Virus record (IMG/VR): IMGVR_UViG_3300024272_002379
DNA from: a virus
Taxonomy: Duplodnaviria > Caudoviricetes
Length of the DNA: 64,000 nt
Reading direction: 5' to 3' (one strand)
The notes under the pieces: model-generated
Seen by the model: only the letters and a program-made list of their open reading frames with translations
Databases searched by the model: none
What the model was told of the DNA's origin: nothing
Program-made: the position numbers and the translations under genes
Shown: piece by piece, positions 47,673 through 58,298 of the stretch
Position numbering within the stretch: the stretch's first letter is position 1
Layout of the letters: each line of letters starts with the position of its first letter

Positions 47673-49462
47673 ATGTTAACAATAACCCAATTGCCGAATA
47701 AAAAGTTAAGCATCAAGGCAGATTACTTTTATCGACAAAGAATCAAAGAGATTCCAACAGCTACTTTTGATTCCGTTACAAGACAATGGATAATCGAAGA
47801 TTTCATGCTTGGTACATTAGAGCATCATTTTAATGGTGAGCTGGTATATAAAACTCCTCGATGGGTTATTCTTAACCAGTCTATGCCAGATATGTCTGCT
47901 ATGTATCAAATATCAGATGCATCCATAACAGCTCCTCAGTTAAAACTAAAACCATATGATTATCAAGATTATGGTATTCGTTTTATGATAGACAAAATAT
48001 TACAGAAAGGATTTGTTCTAAACGCAGACGACGTTGGATTGGGAAAAACAATTCAGACCATTGCAACGTTAAAATGGTTTATAGAAAATCGTGGCGTTAG
48101 AAAAATACTTATCATCTGTAAGAAGTCTATTAAGAAACAATGGCTTGATGAAATTCAAAAGTTTACAGATTTAGGCAACGTTTTTGTAATGGAGCGTACT
48201 GGCACAACTCCAGCTCAACGTAAAAAGTCATATGATGCATTTAATAATGCTTCTGATGCAATCCTGGTTACAAACTATCATACCTTTTTAAATGACACAA
48301 ACTTATTCCAAAACATGAATATAGATTTTGTAGTTATTGACGAAGTACATAGTGTTAAGGCTAGGACTGGCAAACTGAATAATAATATTTCAAAGATTAC
48401 AATGGGAAAACCCACTGTATTCTTAACAGGTACTCCAATTATGTCTAAGCCAGAAGATATCTTTGGCATTGTACAAATGGTAGCACCTAAATATTTTGGT
48501 AAATGGACAGATTTTAGCGATACTTCTTAACCATTGACCGTAATGGTAGATTTGGAGTAAGAGTTGTTGGAGCTAAAAACCTTGATATTTTAAGAAATAT
48601 GGTGCAAGATATTGTTATAAGACGTACTGAGTACGAAGTATCTATTCAGTTGCCAAAAACCCTTATTAACGAAATGAGATGCACAATGGATTCTGTGCAA
48701 GAAAGTCTGTTGATGGAAATACAAAAGACTCAAGATACAATAGCAGAATCACTGGATAAACTAAAAGTAAATGGAGTTATTCCAGATTATCATCAGGAAA
48801 AAGCAGGTCAGTTAGAGGCTAAATCTAAAGGATTGATTGCTGCTAGACAAGCAGCATCTACAGACCCTAGATTGTTCTTAATGAGTTATTCTAAAATGAT
48901 GAAAGATACATTTGGAAAACTCGTACCATCATCATATAAGATGTCTAGTAAGGTAGAATCCATTCTTGATGTAGTTGAAGATATCCTTGCAAACGGAGAT
49001 AAGGTAATCTTATTTACTAAGTTTAGAACTTGTGCTGAAATGATTGCTAATGATATTCGAAAGGAATTGAAAGAAAACGTTCTTCTATATACAGGTGCCG
49101 AATCAGAAACAGATAGAGAAATGAATGTAGATTTCTTCAAGAATACAACCATTTACAATATCTTGATTGGTACTGAAGCAATGGCGGAAGGTTTAAATCT
49201 TCAGTGTGCCAAATATGTCATTAATATTGACCAACCAGACACTCTTGCTATCAAAACACAGCGTATTGGTAGAGCGAGAAGAGCAGGTTCTCAGTTTAAC
49301 AATGTAATTGTATATGATATGATTACATCAAGCACAGATAAGGCACACTCAAAAGATGAAGAAAGACTTCAGAATATCATGAACAATCAGGATTTAACAG
49401 ATGCATTGGTATCAATAGATGAAGCTCAACGTCAAGCATTAATAGAAGCTATGAGGAGGTAA
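47673..49462 (+). pseudogene. SNF2-family helicase interrupted by a 1-nt frameshift near 48524 (sequencing error or pseudogene)
   Basis: DDVGLGKT, DEVH, TGTP in 47673-48530; GLNLQ, QRIGRARR in 48599-49462; open -1 frame LTIDRNGRFG bridges the gap. Confidence 0.8.
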
Positions 49463-49465
49463 AAC

Positions 49466-49630
49466 ATGGTTCAAACAGTTGGAGAAATCATAGAAGAACT
49501 CATAAGTGTTAAGGATAGACTTTCACCAGATTTATGGGGAACAGAAATAGATGCTATCAATAATGCTTGTAATATTCTTAATCATAATTTTGATAGAATG
49601 GTCACTTCAGATAAGTTAACGGAGGTTTAG
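49466..49630 (+). CDS. small hypothetical protein (54 aa)
   Basis: GAGGAGG SD; MVQTVGEIIE... Confidence 0.6.
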   Translation: MVQTVGEIIEELISVKDRLSPDLWGTEIDAINNACNILNHNFDRMVTSDKLTEV

Positions 49631-49632
49631 GT

Positions 49633-49980
49633 ATGAGAGTAATAGGTATATCAACAGGATATACTCCAGGAGTATACATTATATGGGAAGTTCCACATGA
49701 AAACATTACAGGATACGAAGTGTATCGTAATGGACAAATGATTGCTTCATCATTATTGGAATCTGAAGAAGAAAGAGCTGAATTTGTTCAGCCTACAGTA
49801 TTTGACCATGACCATCAAACAAATCTTTTCAAAAAAGACTCTATTTTTAAACTGATGTACGTCGATGAAGATGTGCATAGATATCAGTTTTATGAGTATA
49901 AAGTAGTAGCAAAAAGAATTGTAGATGGTGTTGTCATGGAAGAAATAACATCTAACGATGTTCATATCACAGCGAATTAG
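49633..49980 (+). CDS. fibronectin type III-like protein
   Basis: IIWE...ITGYEVYRNG...YVD...YEYKVVA. Confidence 0.6.
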   Translation: MRVIGISTGYTPGVYIIWEVPHENITGYEVYRNGQMIASSLLESEEERAEFVQPTVFDHDHQTNLFKKDSIFKLMYVDEDVHRYQFYEYKVVAKRIVDGVVMEEITSNDVHITAN

Positions 49981-49991
49981 GAGAAAACACG

Positions 49992-50531
49992 ATGTTAAAT
50001 GATATATTTGCAAAGTATGTCAAACCAGCATCCAAAAATGAATCCCTAGTGAACGAAAGTATATGTGAGAAATGTGGCGGAGATTGTTGTAAAACAATGG
50101 GATGCCACATTTCTCCTTTTGATTTAAGGGAAATTTCAGAACAATCCATCATTAACTTTATAGATGAAACAGGATGCGTATCTATAGATTGGTGGGAAGG
50201 CAACCCTATTACAAATGAACATGACGGAACAAAAGGATTTTATCTACGCATTAGAAATGTAAATAGTGCGATAGTTGACCCAGCATACAAACGCCAATGT
50301 TCTATTTTGACAGATAAAGGATGCCCTCTTGCTTTTGAGTATAGACCAAAAGGAGCAAGAGAATTGGTTCCAGGCTTGTTGCAATGTAGCCCAGATTATT
50401 CTAAGCAACAATGTGCTATTGACTGGTATCAATATATAGACATCTTATCGAATGTTTATGATTATTATGTTTCAAAAGGAGAAGTAGCATCTCCAGATTT
50501 TGATTGGATTATTGAGATGTTAGGGTTATGA
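49992..50531 (+). CDS. YkgJ/CxxCxxCC family Cys-cluster protein
   Basis: CEKCGGDCC...CSIL...GC...RP. Confidence 0.7.
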   Translation: MLNDIFAKYVKPASKNESLVNESICEKCGGDCCKTMGCHISPFDLREISEQSIINFIDETGCVSIDWWEGNPITNEHDGTKGFYLRIRNVNSAIVDPAYKRQCSILTDKGCPLAFEYRPKGARELVPGLLQCSPDYSKQQCAIDWYQYIDILSNVYDYYVSKGEVASPDFDWIIEMLGL

Positions 50532-50866
50532 TGGATAAAGTAGAGAAATTTATTTCAGGAATGAAAGAAGTGTTCCCTGAAGAATTAGAATTTACTTTCT
50601 ACAGAGGATATTGTTACTGGTTTGCATTTATTCTTGCGGAAAGGTTTAAGGGAGATATTTGGTTCAACTCAAAGACCGTTCATTTTGCTACGAAAATAGA
50701 TGGACAGTTGTATGATATATTTGGAAAAGTAAAGCTTGGTATTTGCCCCGTAAACGGTGAAGATGATTACAGTGAAAACGATTGGTCAAGCTGGGCAGAT
50801 TACCAAATTTCACATCACGATGTAGTTGAATCAATAGTAAATTCCTGCATAAAAAAGACATGTTAA
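50528..50866 (+). CDS. hypothetical protein (GxCYWFA...H...YDI, papain-like triad pattern)
   Basis: ORF track. Confidence 0.7.
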   Translation: MMDKVEKFISGMKEVFPEELEFTFYRGYCYWFAFILAERFKGDIWFNSKTVHFATKIDGQLYDIFGKVKLGICPVNGEDDYSENDWSSWADYQISHHDVVESIVNSCIKKTC

Positions 50867-51225
50867 AGAAAATATACGACAGTAATGGAATTATGACAAT
50901 AATTGATACACAAACTGGTCAAAAATATAGTGAGTTTGAGTATGATGATTTTCAAACCGATAGTTATTTGTCAGATGATGGAGTTATATCATCTCTGGCC
51001 CCACCAACAGCAGAAGAACTAGGACGCCAAGTAGTTTTTATGCAAAAAAGAATAGCTGATTTAGAATACGAAATACGGCGATTAGGTCGTGCAGTTCATT
51101 CAGATATGGAGTTTCTTGATAACAAAGTCATTGAAATAGAGGACAGAGTACAAGAGCATACAGGTTCATTTCATGCAATGCTTATATGCGGAAAGGATAA
51201 TTCAAATGAAAGTAATATTTCTTGA
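50860..51225 (+). CDS. hypothetical coiled-coil protein
   Basis: ORF track. Confidence 0.65.
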   Translation: MLKKIYDSNGIMTIIDTQTGQKYSEFEYDDFQTDSYLSDDGVISSLAPPTAEELGRQVVFMQKRIADLEYEIRRLGRAVHSDMEFLDNKVIEIEDRVQEHTGSFHAMLICGKDNSNESNIS

Positions 51226-51769
51226 TGTTGATGGAGTGTTAAATTCAGAGTATTGGTATAAGAAAAATCATGAAAAACATCCCGAATTATGCCGTGTAGA
51301 TACAGCAATTGACCCACGATATGTGCGTAATTTAAGAAAAATTGTAAAACGTACAGGAGCTAAAATCGTATTATCTGCTACCTGTCGTGGTGTTGTCCGC
51401 AAGGATAAAACGCATTATTTGCACAAGATTCTTAAAAAATACGGACTGGAAATCTACGATTATACACTACGATTAAGTGGAGAACGAGGTTATGAAATTC
51501 AAGATTGGCTTGATAAACATAAAGATGTAACTAATATTGTAATTCTGGATGATGATTCAGATATGTTACATCTTTCTAAGTATCTAGTACAAACTTTAAG
51601 TGGACCATACATTAAAAAGAAAGATGGTACAGAAAAAAGGGATACTTCACCATTTGGCTGGTTAAGAGAAGGTCTAAGCTTCAAGGCAACTCGACAAGCT
51701 ATTAAAATGCTTCGTCGTCCATATGTAAATATTTATGCCACCAAGAGTGTGCATCGTAAAAGTTTTTAA
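51206..51769 (+). CDS. HAD-superfamily phosphatase (RNA-repair Swiss-Army-knife type)
   Basis: MKVIFLDVDGVLN...IVLSAT...RGYEI...VILDD. Confidence 0.8.
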   Translation: MKVIFLDVDGVLNSEYWYKKNHEKHPELCRVDTAIDPRYVRNLRKIVKRTGAKIVLSATCRGVVRKDKTHYLHKILKKYGLEIYDYTLRLSGERGYEIQDWLDKHKDVTNIVILDDDSDMLHLSKYLVQTLSGPYIKKKDGTEKRDTSPFGWLREGLSFKATRQAIKMLRRPYVNIYATKSVHRKSF

Positions 51770-51821
51770 TAACTCCCTAACGGGAGTTATTTGGTTATAA
51801 AACTTAGGAAGGAGAATAAAA

Positions 51822-52571
51822 ATGTTCGATTTACAAATTGCAAGCATCGAATTAAAAATGCCTGTGCAAGATTTTGAAACAGCATTACGTGATTGTATTG
51901 ATGATTATCACGAAGACATGGATTATGCAATAAAACCAATGAGAACAAGACATGGTAAAAACATGTATAAAATCACCATTGACAATACACAGAGTTCAAC
52001 AATCGAAATTGTTGGTGAGCAGGATGATGTATCTGGTGATATTTATTTGCATCCATTCAAACTTTCAAATATGAACGAAAGTTTTTACAAAGTCAATTAC
52101 AGTGATTCAAGTATTGCAGGAACAGATTCAGACCCAAGTATGTTCTTTTGTCATGCGATGAATGAAATCTGTAGAAATCAAAAAGGTAGTTTTGCTTATA
52201 TCGACGCTAAAGGAAACACAACCATTATAAGAGATGGTTCAACAAAGAGAGGCTCATCAGTTGCTCTGGTAGATTCAGAAGGCAACGTTTATTCATGCGT
52301 CGGAGCAAAAAGTGTAAAAGGCGTAACAGATAGTTCGGATTTCACTGTTAGAAAACCAATTAATGAATGGCTGGGAGAAAACCCAGAAGTACAAAGAGCA
52401 ATCGCCAAATTACCATTAGCAGATAAAATGAATTACATTGGCAAATATCTTATCAGTGCAAAGCTGAATGAAGAAATTGACGCCGACGAATTTACAGATA
52501 TATTCTGTCAAGCAGGTTTATTTGGATTCACAGAACAGTCTGTGTTAAATATTTATAAGTTAATTATGTAG
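51822..52571 (+). CDS. hypothetical protein
   Basis: AAGGAG SD. Confidence 0.75.
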   Translation: MFDLQIASIELKMPVQDFETALRDCIDDYHEDMDYAIKPMRTRHGKNMYKITIDNTQSSTIEIVGEQDDVSGDIYLHPFKLSNMNESFYKVNYSDSSIAGTDSDPSMFFCHAMNEICRNQKGSFAYIDAKGNTTIIRDGSTKRGSSVALVDSEGNVYSCVGAKSVKGVTDSSDFTVRKPINEWLGENPEVQRAIAKLPLADKMNYIGKYLISAKLNEEIDADEFTDIFCQAGLFGFTEQSVLNIYKLIM

Positions 52572-52975
52572 TGGAGGAATTAATTATGCAAAATTTAGAT
52601 GTAAGATATTTTGTTGACGAAGAAAAGAAAATCGTTGTATGTAAAATCGAGTGTTGCTGTCACGAGCTGATTATTGATATGGCTCGTAAAGGATGGCCTG
52701 GAGATGAAGCATTATTGCTTAACCACTGTTACACTGGCAAAGCAAAGTGTTCTTCTGAAGATACATTTGATGTTGAACTCGGTAAGAAAATCGCATTCAA
52801 ACGTGCTATTGCAAAATTAAATGTAGCGAAGAAGAGAACATTAACAAGATTCATTTCAGAATTCGCAAAAGTTCAGGCGAAATTAGAAAAAGACGCTAAA
52901 GCTTTAGCGGACAAGTATGAAACAACAGCGACTCGACAGGAAGAGTCTATTGCACATATGTTAAAGGAGGTATAA
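52571..52975 (+). CDS. conserved phage protein (GxAKC..EDxFD...GKxIAxxRA)
   Basis: Motif common in phage hypotheticals. Confidence 0.7.
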   Translation: MEELIMQNLDVRYFVDEEKKIVVCKIECCCHELIIDMARKGWPGDEALLLNHCYTGKAKCSSEDTFDVELGKKIAFKRAIAKLNVAKKRTLTRFISEFAKVQAKLEKDAKALADKYETTATRQEESIAHMLKEV

Positions 52976-52979
52976 CAGA

Positions 52980-54365
52980 ATGGCATCAGCATCTAGCAAT
53001 TTAGATTTCAGCGGTTTTGATGATTTATTTAAGGACATGGGTGTAAGCGAAAGCCCTTCTAATGCTGCTATGGAAGCATCAATCGCAAATGAGCAGAATG
53101 TTACAGCACAGCCAGTGCAGGTTGATGGAATTCAGATTCAGAATGTAAATGCACCTATTAATCCAGCACTTGTTCAGTCTGGTCAGGTGAAAATGCAGCA
53201 GATTTTCGTAGAAATGAACAATCTTTTCGTAGAAAGAGATACATTGATTAAGTTAATGCAGTTAGCTGTTGTTACAGGTACTAACCTTTTAATGTTAGGC
53301 CCTCCTGGTACTGCTAAATCAGCTATTACTTATGAACTTTGCGGTAGAGTAGAAAATGCTAACTACTTCCAGTGGATGTTAAATAAGACTTCTGACCCAT
53401 CAGAAGTATTTGGTCCATTCTCTGTTAAAGAAATGGAAAATGATAAATTCATGCGTATTACAACAGGTAAGTTACCTGAGGCACATATTGCGTTCATGGA
53501 TGAGGTATTTAAATCAAATGCCCCTACCTTAAATGCATTGTTAACTATTATGAATGAACATATCTTCTACAACGACGGTAAGCCACAGCCTGTTCCGTTA
53601 ATCTCTATGTTCGGTGCTTCTAATGAGCCACCAGAAGATGAAACTTTGGATGCTATGTACGACCGTTTCATTTTCCGTATCAATGTTCAGTACATTCATG
53701 ATGCAGCTAACAAAAAGCGTATGCACGCTAACTATGTAGACAACAGAGCTGGTTTACTCGGTCTTGCAGGTAAGACTACAATTACTTTAGCTGAATTACA
53801 GGCTTTACAGGAAGCTTCTAAATCAGTAAAAGTTCCAAAAGATATTATCAACAAGTTCATTCGTCTTATCAGTGATTTAGACCGTCAGGCTATTCACGTA
53901 TCTGATAGACGTCAGAATGAATGTTTCAAGGTAATGCAGGGTAACGCAGTTCTTGCAGGTAGAAACGTAGTAGGTCTTGATGACTTTAAATCTCTCATCT
54001 ATGTATTATGGGAGAAAGAAGAGCACATTCCTATGATTGAATCTGCAATTCTTAAGATGGTTAATCCTTATGATGACCGCTTCAAAGAACTTAAAGAGAA
54101 CTTCAGTCAGGTTAAGACAGATATCGACAGCATCTCAGATTCATCTCAGAAATCTAAGAAAGCAATCGAATCTAAGGGTGTAATCGAGAAAATCGTAAGC
54201 AAGACAAACAAGCTCATCAACGAAGCATCTAAGAATGGTAAAGATGTAACTGAATTTACAGAGTTCAGAGATGAAATGATTCAGTACAATCAGAAATTAA
54301 TCTCTGCTGCTCTCGGTACTGCATTCGGTGGCTTTGGTGATGATGATAGCGATAGTCCCTGGTAA
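52980..54365 (+). CDS. MoxR/RavA-family AAA+ ATPase
   Basis: GPPGTAKS, EVFGP, FMDEVFK, GASNE, DRF, SDRR. Confidence 0.9.
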   Translation: MASASSNLDFSGFDDLFKDMGVSESPSNAAMEASIANEQNVTAQPVQVDGIQIQNVNAPINPALVQSGQVKMQQIFVEMNNLFVERDTLIKLMQLAVVTGTNLLMLGPPGTAKSAITYELCGRVENANYFQWMLNKTSDPSEVFGPFSVKEMENDKFMRITTGKLPEAHIAFMDEVFKSNAPTLNALLTIMNEHIFYNDGKPQPVPLISMFGASNEPPEDETLDAMYDRFIFRINVQYIHDAANKKRMHANYVDNRAGLLGLAGKTTITLAELQALQEASKSVKVPKDIINKFIRLISDLDRQAIHVSDRRQNECFKVMQGNAVLAGRNVVGLDDFKSLIYVLWEKEEHIPMIESAILKMVNPYDDRFKELKENFSQVKTDIDSISDSSQKSKKAIESKGVIEKIVSKTNKLINEASKNGKDVTEFTEFRDEMIQYNQKLISAALGTAFGGFGDDDSDSPW

Positions 54366-54450
54366 TTCGCTAAAATATACGACAACATTTACCATTAACA
54401 ACAATGCAGTTGTTAATATGACTTTTTATTAACCAGAAAGGGAAAAATAA

Positions 54451-56286
54451 ATGGGAAACTTAGACAATTTAGGTTTTGATGAATTATTGGAAGAACTTGA
54501 TGAGATTGCAAATATCTCACAGTCTTCTGTTTCAACAAACAGTGTTTCGCCAGCTCAGAAAAAGGTTGGTGGTTTTCAGGATATGTCATCAGAAGAAATT
54601 GAGCAGTTTCAGAGTTCCCAGGAATATAAAGAGTATAAAGCAGATATTGAAGAGGCTGTAAGTACACCTGCAAATTTTAAAGGTAAGACTGTTCAGGAAA
54701 TTATGGGTTTATCCAATAGAAAAGATACTATTGGATATTCCTATAATGCATTGGAGCATTATGATGTTGACATTGACATCTATCAGGACATTGTTGACCA
54801 GTCACCTGTTATGCAACAGACGTTGGAAGAGGGCGAGGAACTTCTTCCAACGTTTAAGTATTTACATCAAGATATCTTCTTAAGTCTTTATAAGTATAAA
54901 GCAAGAGTACTTCCTGAGACAGAAATGCACATTTCTACACGTATGAATCGTGGTATTATTAGTAATTTGATTAACACACCAGAGTATATCTCATTGCGTC
55001 AGACTTGTCGTATGGACCAGTTTAATGCTGCATTAGGTACAGAGATTATTGGTAGAGAAGCTATTGACATTCTAAGAGAAGCCATTGATAAAATCAAAGA
55101 CCTTCAGAAAAAGAAAGATGCAATGGACAGACTTCTTGAAGAAGAAGAAAAGATGGATGCTCTCATGGAAGAAATTGGCGATATTGATGAGCTAATCGAA
55201 GATGCTAAGCGTCAGGGTAATGGTGCTTATGCCGCTCAGCTTGCTGCTGATAGACAAGCTAAAGAAGAGGCCGTTGCTCGACTTAAAGCAATGGCTAACA
55301 AGATTGCTGAAGAATGTGACGAACTTCTTGATGATGATGAATTAGCATCTGAAGTAAGTACTGTTATGGGTAGTACATTATCCCAGACAGGTCAGGAAGT
55401 ACAGGAAGTATCTGACTTATGTCAGGCATGGGGATTAGGTACTGGTGAAAACTGTCACGTTGCTTTCCAGAACAAGAAAGATGCAATTGAGCGTATTAGA
55501 CGTTCCTCTAAATTAAATAAGCTTACTGATTTAGTTGGTAGATTTAAAGAATCTGCCATTACTGAACAGAAAAAGAAAGCTAAACATGGTGCAGTTGAAA
55601 TTAAATCTGTAACTGTTGGTAGTAGAGTAGAAGATACATTACCTTCAGACAGAATGAATCTTTGCAATGACACAACAAAGAAAGATTTCTATCGTCGTAT
55701 GACAGAAAATCAGTTGATGACATACAGCAAAGAGGCACACAAACAGAAGAACAAAGGTCCAATTATCGTATGTGTTGATACTTCTGGTTCAATGCAGGGT
55801 GATGAGGAAATCTGGAGTAAAGCTCTTACTGTAGGTATTCTTGAAGTTGCTCAGATGCAGAAACGTGACTTTGCTTGTATTATTTACAGTAGTCATGCTG
55901 ACGCACCAATTGTTATCAAGAAAGATGAAATTGCTCCTCAGAAGATTATTAATTGTGCCGAACGATTTCATAATGGCGGTACAAGCTTCGAGGCACCATT
56001 AAATGAAGCCCTTGAGTTAATTAAGGACTCAACATTTAAGAATGCTGATATCGTATTCATTACTGACGGTGATTGTTACGTATCAGATAGTTTCAGTCGT
56101 AAATTCAAACAGATGAAAGAAGAGAAAGACTTTAAGACTCTCGGTGTATTAGTAAACATGGGTAGAGGTCATGTATCTGATAGCAGCTTGAAAGAATTCT
56201 GTGATAGTATTACACTAGTTAGTGATATTGCAGATTTGAAGGATAGTAGTTCAGATGTAAATAAGTCTATCTTTGGTGCATTATAA
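54451..56286 (+). CDS. vWA domain protein (ViaA/CoxE-like), partner of the MoxR ATPase
   Basis: KGPIIVCVDTSGSM...GGT...ADIVFITDG MIDAS. Confidence 0.9.
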   Translation: MGNLDNLGFDELLEELDEIANISQSSVSTNSVSPAQKKVGGFQDMSSEEIEQFQSSQEYKEYKADIEEAVSTPANFKGKTVQEIMGLSNRKDTIGYSYNALEHYDVDIDIYQDIVDQSPVMQQTLEEGEELLPTFKYLHQDIFLSLYKYKARVLPETEMHISTRMNRGIISNLINTPEYISLRQTCRMDQFNAALGTEIIGREAIDILREAIDKIKDLQKKKDAMDRLLEEEEKMDALMEEIGDIDELIEDAKRQGNGAYAAQLAADRQAKEEAVARLKAMANKIAEECDELLDDDELASEVSTVMGSTLSQTGQEVQEVSDLCQAWGLGTGENCHVAFQNKKDAIERIRRSSKLNKLTDLVGRFKESAITEQKKKAKHGAVEIKSVTVGSRVEDTLPSDRMNLCNDTTKKDFYRRMTENQLMTYSKEAHKQKNKGPIIVCVDTSGSMQGDEEIWSKALTVGILEVAQMQKRDFACIIYSSHADAPIVIKKDEIAPQKIINCAERFHNGGTSFEAPLNEALELIKDSTFKNADIVFITDGDCYVSDSFSRKFKQMKEEKDFKTLGVLVNMGRGHVSDSSLKEFCDSITLVSDIADLKDSSSDVNKSIFGAL

Positions 56287-56302
56287 AATAGGAGGTTATA
56301 CC

Positions 56303-56902
56303 ATGAAAGCAGATGAAGTTATTTCAAAAGCCGAGCTTTTTGCAATGGGTTTTATTTCTAAAATTCAGGATAAAAGCGAACAGCCTGGAAGAAGACAGGC
56401 ATATTTTCTTGACAACCAGGAAGAGTTAAAATTATACATGGGTGCTTTGCAGAAAATCATTAAAGTGGAAGACGAATCCGCACTTACTGATGATGACCTG
56501 GTATTAGTGCAGAGAGCCGAGGAAACTCTTAGTAAGTTAAAGCTTGCTATGGATGAGTTCCAGAAAGAATTAATCATTCAGGATACAGTTTCAGAAGAAG
56601 ACACAACAGCGGTCTTTACAGAAGAAACTCTTAGCAATGCTATGAAGACAAATAAGACTACACAGGAAATTTCCGCAAACATGACAGCAATTGCTGAACA
56701 GCAGAAAGCTGCTGCTAATATCGGTTACAATTATGCTTTAGTATGTGATGGAGCGATTAACTTAATCGGAGCTCAGGATAAAGCTCAGTTAAACGATTCT
56801 ATTAATGCTATTGCAAATGCAGGTAATTTTAAGAGCATCCAGTTGTATGAACTGAAATTTACTCCTGTTCCTCTTAAGAAGAAAACTGTTCTTACAGTGT
56901 AA
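56303..56902 (+). CDS. hypothetical protein
   Basis: AGGAGG SD before MKADEV. Confidence 0.75.
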   Translation: MKADEVISKAELFAMGFISKIQDKSEQPGRRQAYFLDNQEELKLYMGALQKIIKVEDESALTDDDLVLVQRAEETLSKLKLAMDEFQKELIIQDTVSEEDTTAVFTEETLSNAMKTNKTTQEISANMTAIAEQQKAAANIGYNYALVCDGAINLIGAQDKAQLNDSINAIANAGNFKSIQLYELKFTPVPLKKKTVLTV

Positions 56903-56914
56903 AGAGGTGATTTT

Positions 56915-57892
56915 ATGAGTAATGTTTTGTGTAAAACAAATCAGGAAATACCACAGGATATGCTCTTAGGAAATCTTTTATTTACAAATTTAATTGATAT
57001 GCAGATAGCAGACAGTGATTTGTCTGCTATCTTTCAAAAGAACAATATTCCTGAGCGTTACGTAAAAAAGATTTCCCCATCAGATGCATTCCGTAGAGCA
57101 TCAGCCAGCATTAAAAATCGTATCATGTACATTACTGCAACCAATGGCAATGGTAATGACAAGGTACGTGTTGAAATTGACGAAATCAAAAGTGATGTGG
57201 ACTCCATCAAGAGAATTATCGGAATTAAAAGAGTGAACGAAGTCAGTGAAGACATCACATATGAACCAATGGGTGAAATCATTTTTAACAGAGCAGGTGG
57301 TACTTGCGTTGCTACTCCATATTTGGTTCCTGGTGACGCTGATTATCAGCAGTTTAGAGATTTATGTGACGAAGTAGAAAATAAATACTCCGAATGGTCT
57401 GTGTACCACAATAAGGATACGGTAAGAAACATTATTAACCGTATTATTGCTGACACTCATCCAGTAAATCTAATGCCAACTGGTTTATGTAAATTTGTTC
57501 CGTCAGGTTCTACAGATTTACTTTATCACCTTAAAGAAGCATTATCTGATATGTCTCTTTATAGAGCAAAAACATCAAATGGCGGTGATAACATTATGGA
57601 AATCATTCCAGTTATCGACACCGAAGAACAAAGAGCATTAATCGAAAAGAATTTCACGGCAGAAATTACAGAAGAACTCTTTGGATTCACTCAGGAACTC
57701 AAAGAGGTCTTATCCAAAAAACAGACATTAAGTACACGTACCGCTACAGCTTATGTTGAAAAATTCAACGTATTAAGAAACAAGGCAAAAGAATACGAGA
57801 GTTTGTTAGGAATCTATGTTGATTCTATTTATCAGCAAATTACAGACTCATTAGCCCTTGTTGATGATAACGTAGAGGATGCTACAGAGTAA
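56915..57892 (+). CDS. DUF6744/DUF3150-like protein
   Basis: PSDAFRRA motif; adjacent to MoxR-vWA. Confidence 0.55.
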   Translation: MSNVLCKTNQEIPQDMLLGNLLFTNLIDMQIADSDLSAIFQKNNIPERYVKKISPSDAFRRASASIKNRIMYITATNGNGNDKVRVEIDEIKSDVDSIKRIIGIKRVNEVSEDITYEPMGEIIFNRAGGTCVATPYLVPGDADYQQFRDLCDEVENKYSEWSVYHNKDTVRNIINRIIADTHPVNLMPTGLCKFVPSGSTDLLYHLKEALSDMSLYRAKTSNGGDNIMEIIPVIDTEEQRALIEKNFTAEITEELFGFTQELKEVLSKKQTLSTRTATAYVEKFNVLRNKAKEYESLLGIYVDSIYQQITDSLALVDDNVEDATE

Positions 57893-57893
57893 T

Positions 57894-58298
57894 ATGTACG
57901 AATATATTAAAGGCTCTAAGGTTTTAATGGAAGAACACATGCTTTCTGCAACTGAACTTGCAAAAATGTATGGTCTTTACACATTAAATAACAATCCTAA
58001 TGGGTTATTAGTATGTTGCGTTCTTGCGGATTATGTTGAGGCTAACAATTTAAATGTAGCTGAATATTATTACCCTCATGGCCGTGGTGTCATGAGGGTA
58101 TATCCATCTCTTGTGTATAGAAAATCGTTAACAGATTTTGTGTTCGATTTAGAAGAAGACACAGAATATACTTATGTTACAAAAGGTAAACGTGAGAAAC
58201 GCAAAATAAATTATAAGTTTAAGAAACAAAAGTGCGGTACAATTATATCTATGACAGAAAGGAGATATACAAATGTCAGAGAACAAAGAGGTAAATAA
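57894..58298 (+). CDS. putative DNA-binding protein
   Basis: LSATELAKMYGL HTH-like start. Confidence 0.6.
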   Translation: MYEYIKGSKVLMEEHMLSATELAKMYGLYTLNNNPNGLLVCCVLADYVEANNLNVAEYYYPHGRGVMRVYPSLVYRKSLTDFVFDLEEDTEYTYVTKGKREKRKINYKFKKQKCGTIISMTERRYTNVREQRGK

